This document shows positions 33,568 through 38,864 of a DNA stretch of 38,864 nucleotides, one piece after another (positions within the stretch are counted from its first letter, which is position 1; each line of letters starts with the position of its first letter). The DNA is from Circinaria calcarea (taxonomy: Eukaryota): the NCBI GenBank assembly GCA_051942165.1, contig JAVECS010000028.1, positions 1 to 38,864 on the forward strand, written 5' to 3'. The notes below the pieces were generated by a model, which saw only the letters and a list, made by a program, of their open reading frames with translations, did no database searches and was not told the origin of the DNA. A program made the translations under genes and the position numbers.

Positions 33568-36077
33568 AGCAATTGTAGGTATTGGGGTTAAGTGAGCTGG
33601 GTAGTCGATGGAGTAGCAAACAGAAAGAGGATAGGTTTTCAAGAGAAGCCAGCGAATGTGAGACTTACATGCTAAATTCACAGTCGCTCAGAAATTCCCG
33701 GTGTCCAGGGGCCTGCTAGAACTTTCCGGACTGTGAGTATAGAACTCAAGGGATAATGGTTTTAGGCATTGCAGCACTTGTAACTGAATAAGGTAAATAG
33801 TCATAACTTTCATGCATAAATTCCACCGATGCATGATAGTCTCGAAGGATCCAAGCCTTTTGAGATGTTAGTGAGAAGCCCAGATCGCTGGTTTGCAGCG
33901 AATTGTCAACTGATAGTGGTCTGCAACGAAGGCACGAACTCACCCTATCTTTCACTTGGGAACTTTCTCACACCAATTATGATATAGGACTGACAAGTCA
34001 TAGTGACTATCATGAAAAGCGGTGCTAGCCAGTAGCAGGCAATACGACTAGCTAGATTAATTTTGCGTGTTCCTTATTTGGAAGTTCTTTGAGCATTCCT
34101 TGAGGCCCGTCGAATATGCTCCATGACAGTACCCCGAACGATATTATTTGTACCATTTGGTTGCTGGTTTCCAACGTAAGGTCGAAATGGTTTGGCTTTC
34201 TTCCCATTCACCAAGTCCTTTTATTTACGTCGGGGCCTGTCTGGGTTCTCACAAGGTCGGCTACCCCAAATTTTGCTTTCTTCTCCTCAGGTCTGTTAAA
34301 CGCATCCTCGAACACGGGCAGTCCCATAGAACGCATTGTGATTATATCGATTTTAGTATTTGGGGGGGGGGGATATTTCTCAACGAGGATGAATGATGGT
34401 ATGTCGATGTGTTCACCAATGTCGGCGACGTAGCCAACATCCAGCAAGGGTGACCGTTTTTTCGAATCGGCAATGCAACCCAGGATGCACCTAGCCCAAA
34501 AAACTACTGTAGAACCGCACTGCAGAGCTAAAAGTCGCTAAGCCGCTTTTGGGCACAATTGCCAACATGGGTCTGAGGCATTTTTTTGAACCAGGGCGCG
34601 TGTTTGTGGCCTCAGGTGCGGACTGGCCTCTCAGGTGTCGCTTCGCTCCAGCAGGTACCTCTCTTGCTCTAGGTGTGTCGCTCCAGGTGGTTTGGCTCGC
34701 TGCAATTGCAGCGCTCCAGTATACCTCTCCAGTTGCATTACATCACAATCCTCCATGATAACTTCCTCGTGTACGGCCACAAAGACCTTGCTCGTACGTA
34801 TAGGCAACTTCCTTCGCCAGCGCAATAGCTAACCATCCCGATACTCCTTGCTTCCGATCACGCTCTGCATGCAGTACCCTGTACAATCTTCTGTTACAGG
34901 GCCTTAGTGGTTCGTGACGACTCAACAAAGAACGTGTATTAAGGAAACATCTATGCCAGCGTACCTATGAATCCCACTACTTGACCTCAAATTCAAACTA
35001 TAGATTCCACTACAATACAGTCATTTCTTGTTTTACACTGACCTGCCAGGACACGAATCTATCCCTTGCATCTACGGTATACCTTCAATCCAATCTCTCA
35101 CCTATAACACACCCGAAGCCGTCAATCGCAGAGGAATCTAAGCTATCAAAGATGTTATATAAAGATTTACGGGAAAGAGAATATCCTTACGGAGAAACAG
35201 CTGCCTTGTGCTTGGAGCGCGAGAGACTTTTATCTAGCTGAGGCCAAGCCTCGATACCAATAGGATTAAGTTAAGGTAATCAATTTCAGTCTCCAATGCA
35301 GAAGTAAGCAACGTGGGGTGTCAATCGCCTTATAAGCCAACTCCTTCCATACTCTCTCAGTATCCTAGGTGAAGATAGCTCCAACCCTTGGGGATTTCTC
35401 AAGATTGCTATTAATTCATAGAAATGTTATACATCCACACCACCCTTCTCTACTCGTGTACCACGAAGTGACCGTATTGCGAGATGACACAGTGTAGGGG
35501 AATGGGTGGTCAAGGTACGCGACCCCAGTCAGGGTGCCGAAGATATAACGGCCATTTGTGCGCTATGGTTTGAGGGATGGCGACCAATACTTAATGGCGG
35601 TTTGAAGTGCCACGTATACACAAAGCCGATGAGAAATCCGAAACTAAAAGCCAAGACCACACAATGCATTGGAATCTTTACCGGCCCGGGAACGCCTTGG
35701 GTATTTTTGTTCCCTAATCTACCGCTGTCCAACCCTGATCTTATTGTGCCCTAGTTTAACCTTTTATGTGCATTATCCTACATACTGCTTGAAGTGGCCA
35801 GCTCTAGCATACACGGAAGGCCTATTGTGAGCGCACGGAGCTCAGAATAAGATGTTCAGTGTTTGTTTCATGTAACCAATCATATCGTGAACTTGGTCAA
35901 GCCGCTATAGCAGCTTGGCTAAATCACTTGCTTGATATTTACAAATATCTGGCTAAACTACTCATATAGCCTGATTAGTAGCTTTCGGAACTATATATAT
36001 AATTTAGCAAGTAAATTACCTGATGGCATGGCTTGTGCATTCCGGAAAACATCTTTTGTTACTACTGCTACCCACTC

Positions 36078-36475
36078 TGGTACTGGCACTGATACTGGCA
36101 CTGGCACTGGCACTGGCACTGATACTGACACTTGGCACTAAAACTGGCACTGGTACTAGCACTGATACTGGCACTGATACTGGCACTGATACTGGCACTT
36201 GGCACTAAAACTGGCACTGGCACTAAAACTGGCACTGGCACTAAAACTGGCACTGGCACTGGCACTGGCACTGGCACTGATACTCGCACTTGGCACTAAA
36301 ACTGGCACTGGTACTGATACTGATACTGATACTGGCACTTGGCACTAAAACTGGCACTGGTACTAGCGCTGATACTGGCACTGATACTGGCACTGATACT
36401 GGCACTGATACTGGCACTGATACTGGCACTGATACTGGCACTGATACTCGCACTTGGCACTAAACCTGGCACTGG
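36078..36475. repeat. Hexamer minisatellite (ACTGGC/ACTGAT) with higher-order units punctuated by CACTTGGCACTAAA
   Basis: Directly visible. It explains the spurious VPVPV/ALILAL/TGTDTG ORFs. Confidence 0.95.
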
Positions 36476-36859
36476 CTCTTCGTGTTACTATTCTCTTCCG
36501 CTGCTGCTGCTCTCTTCGGTGACGCTGGCCCTATCAAGTTAGTCGAACGAAGGAGGGTCGAACAGCAGCCGAGGCACCTGTTGCTGATCCTGGGGGTGAT
36601 GGTGACATCAACAGGAGCATAGCAGTCAGTAGTACTCGTTCAATTACTTGGTTGCCTACACGGGCGGCTGGCCAAACGATTTACTTGGTGGATTATATGC
36701 GTGCGTTTCGTCAAATGGGCCGCTTGGTCATCTACAGGGACTTTCGAGTTACACGTGTAATTGACCAAATACCCTACTTGGTGAAACTACTATGCAACTT
36801 GGCCAAGTTCACGACTTGGTTGATTAAACGGAACATATCCACAACTATCACTGATGATC

Positions 36860-38313
36860 TGCAAATCCTCCCAGCGGAGCAAGCCTCCAGGACACATCTC
36901 CATATCCCGAACGAGGTTCTCTTGCTCATATTCGGCTATCCAAGAAAAGAGAAGGTGAGGAAAATCAGGGGACCATCCCAGACTTGCAATGCTCTTGCCA
37001 CGCCTCTACTCTTCGACCACATCTACATTTCACCGCATCAAAAATACTTGGAGGTTTTCACGAACATATCACAGAGTCCTCATCTGAGCCGGTAGATCAG
37101 AAGACTTATCTACGATACCTCGACCTTTACTGTCTGTTCAGGCAAGAAATGGTACGTGAAGCAGGTCCTTCAGCAGATCAGCTACTTACTCTGGAACTTC
37201 GGACGCGGGCTGAATTCAGAAATACCAACGAACAAATTAATGAATTACTCAAGGCTGCATATCCTGTAAAACCTCCAGAATACGAAATGTGCACACGGAA
37301 AGAAAATTACTATCCTACAAAATCATAAACAGGGGATATGAGGCGTATCTGATGGAAGCCAAAGAACAACGCGAACATGGAAAAGGAGAACGGACTTGCT
37401 GCCCGTCTCTGCATGGGTCTGTCTGGAGCTGCTGCTTAGTTTATAGACGGTATCCTTTAAATATAAATAGGCAAGTCAATTGCGAAACCTGAGATTCAGC
37501 GTTGACGACAATTGCACCTTTATCTCTAAAGGGCAGTCCTTTTTCTCGGTCCTATCATCCTCTATACCTAAGACCCACATCGGTAGAGCCTCCGACCCAT
37601 CTTTCGCAACTCTTCATCGCGTTTTCCACCATGATGCGTGCCCTAGCGCTGACGGGGATGGAAATCACAAGACTCGAATACGCGAACCCCACTGGAATTG
37701 TACATTATGTGTTTGATTCGAAGGCAACCATGGATACAGTATTACTACAGCATACAATTGGCGCGTTGAGACGCATTCGCCATTTGAATATAGGCCTACA
37801 TGCAAATTAAAACTACAGACTTCAAGCCGCTAGATAGTATCATGCCGGAAATATTAAGATCGATGGCTAATCTTGAAGATCTCGAAACCAATGCTAATGG
37901 GTCAGATCGAGATAGTTAAATACCATATTTTCTCTCCGATATCTTTGGTTAAACGCCTATCACCTGGCCGAATCTCTCCACGCTATACCTTCAATTTTTT
38001 TTGCATGCTCGCAGACTAAACTTTTATCTTTCCTTCGCCTTTAATACAATCTAGGTGACTTGCATGTTGAGGTAACCGAACTAGCGGATAGGCAATGAGC
38101 AGATAACTTCAATGAGTTCCGTAACTTACCATCGCTGAAGAGTTCTGAAGTGATTTATCCACTTCGAGACAATGGTAAAGTTAATCTATGGGACGGTGAC
38201 GATTGGGGTTTTAAGACGGAAAAGGCGTTGAAGAAGAATGTCTTGAAAGACAGTGAGGAAAACCATTTGAAGATGGAGAATATATCGAAGAACGAGATTG
38301 ACAGCGACGGGTG
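36860..38313 (+). pseudogene. F-box domain protein, decayed
   Basis: HLHIPNEVLLLIFGY..VRKIR..CNALATPLLFDHIYISPHQKYLEVFTNISQSPHLSR*IRRLIYDTS, followed by a leucine-rich region with multiple stops and frameshifts, ending ..EIDSDG* at 38313. Confidence 0.75.
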
Positions 38314-38399
38314 AACATACACTAGTTTGAGTTAAACGCCAAAAAAACTAAGTCGTCTGTCGGTAAAAGTTTTGTCCAAAGGCTTTATCACTAAAGTCA

Positions 38400-38864
38400 T
38401 AGGCAGTCTTTAGCTGCTAAAGACTATCAGAAACGAAGATATAGTATCTCGCAAAACGCTCGGTATAATAACTATTAAGGAGTATATCATGACGTATATT
38501 ACTCCCTGGAGCCATCTAGCAACCTTCAGCTTATCAACTTTAGACGGCTTACATAACAGCGTCGCCATAAATCCCCTAGTAGAATCACCTAGCTAATATA
38601 AGGCACGCCTTGTTTCGGATTAGAATCTGGTATTTTAATTGATCTATATAACTCTAATATCGCTCAATTTGTTAGTAGCTCGACGAATAAGTAGCGCACG
38701 GCTATATTATTATCTCTGATTTTAATAATAAGTGAATAAAGAAGTGCTTATTACTCTCTGTATAAAAAACTTCCTTTCCTCATCCTCCTCCTCCTTCTCC
38801 TCCTCCTCCTCCTAGACGCCTATATTTTCCCATCTATCTGCTAATGGTCCCCTCCCTCCCTCAC
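38400..38864. other. AT/TpA-enriched, RIP-like degenerate sequence with a (TCC)n tract; probably the edge of a decayed repeat or gene
   Basis: High TA/TAG/TAA density and a TCC-rich run at ~38775-38812. No recognisable domain. Confidence 0.35.

Noticed and set aside
34060..34930. Protein-like minus-strand segments with stops
   Set aside because: Possibly another pseudogene, but no family recognised and the support is too weak to call.
36016..36542. ORFs rich in VPVPV/ALILAL/QCQY
   Set aside because: Translation artefacts of the hexamer minisatellite.
1..38864. Calling the window a Starship or autonomous transposon
   Set aside because: No DUF3435 captain, transposase, RT or element boundary is visible; kept only as a hypothesis.

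Overview
Eukaryotic DNA from a filamentous ascomycete (Pezizomycotina): short GT..CTRAC..AG introns and RIP-like C->T/G->A nonsense lesions. The ORF track is misleading here because most real genes are spliced or decayed. Main signal: within ~15 kb (9.2-24.2 kb) lie a REC114-like gene (intact, 3 exons), a SPATA22-like OB-fold gene (C-terminal domain open, N-terminus damaged), an intact 7-exon HP1/Swi6 gene and a REC102/TOP6BL-like gene (3 exons). Together they form a candidate meiotic recombination-initiation/heterochromatin cluster. It sits among decayed, often intron-retaining partial copies of normally single-copy genes (RSC9, FAB1, RRN9, MSH6) and of a dynamin-family GTPase, an F-box gene and a CFEM-like gene. 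Also present are a degenerate 2OG-Fe(II)/PhyH-like gene that may be an insertion, MITE-like elements and minisatellites. All homology calls come from manual translation, manual splicing and recalled motifs; no database search was run.
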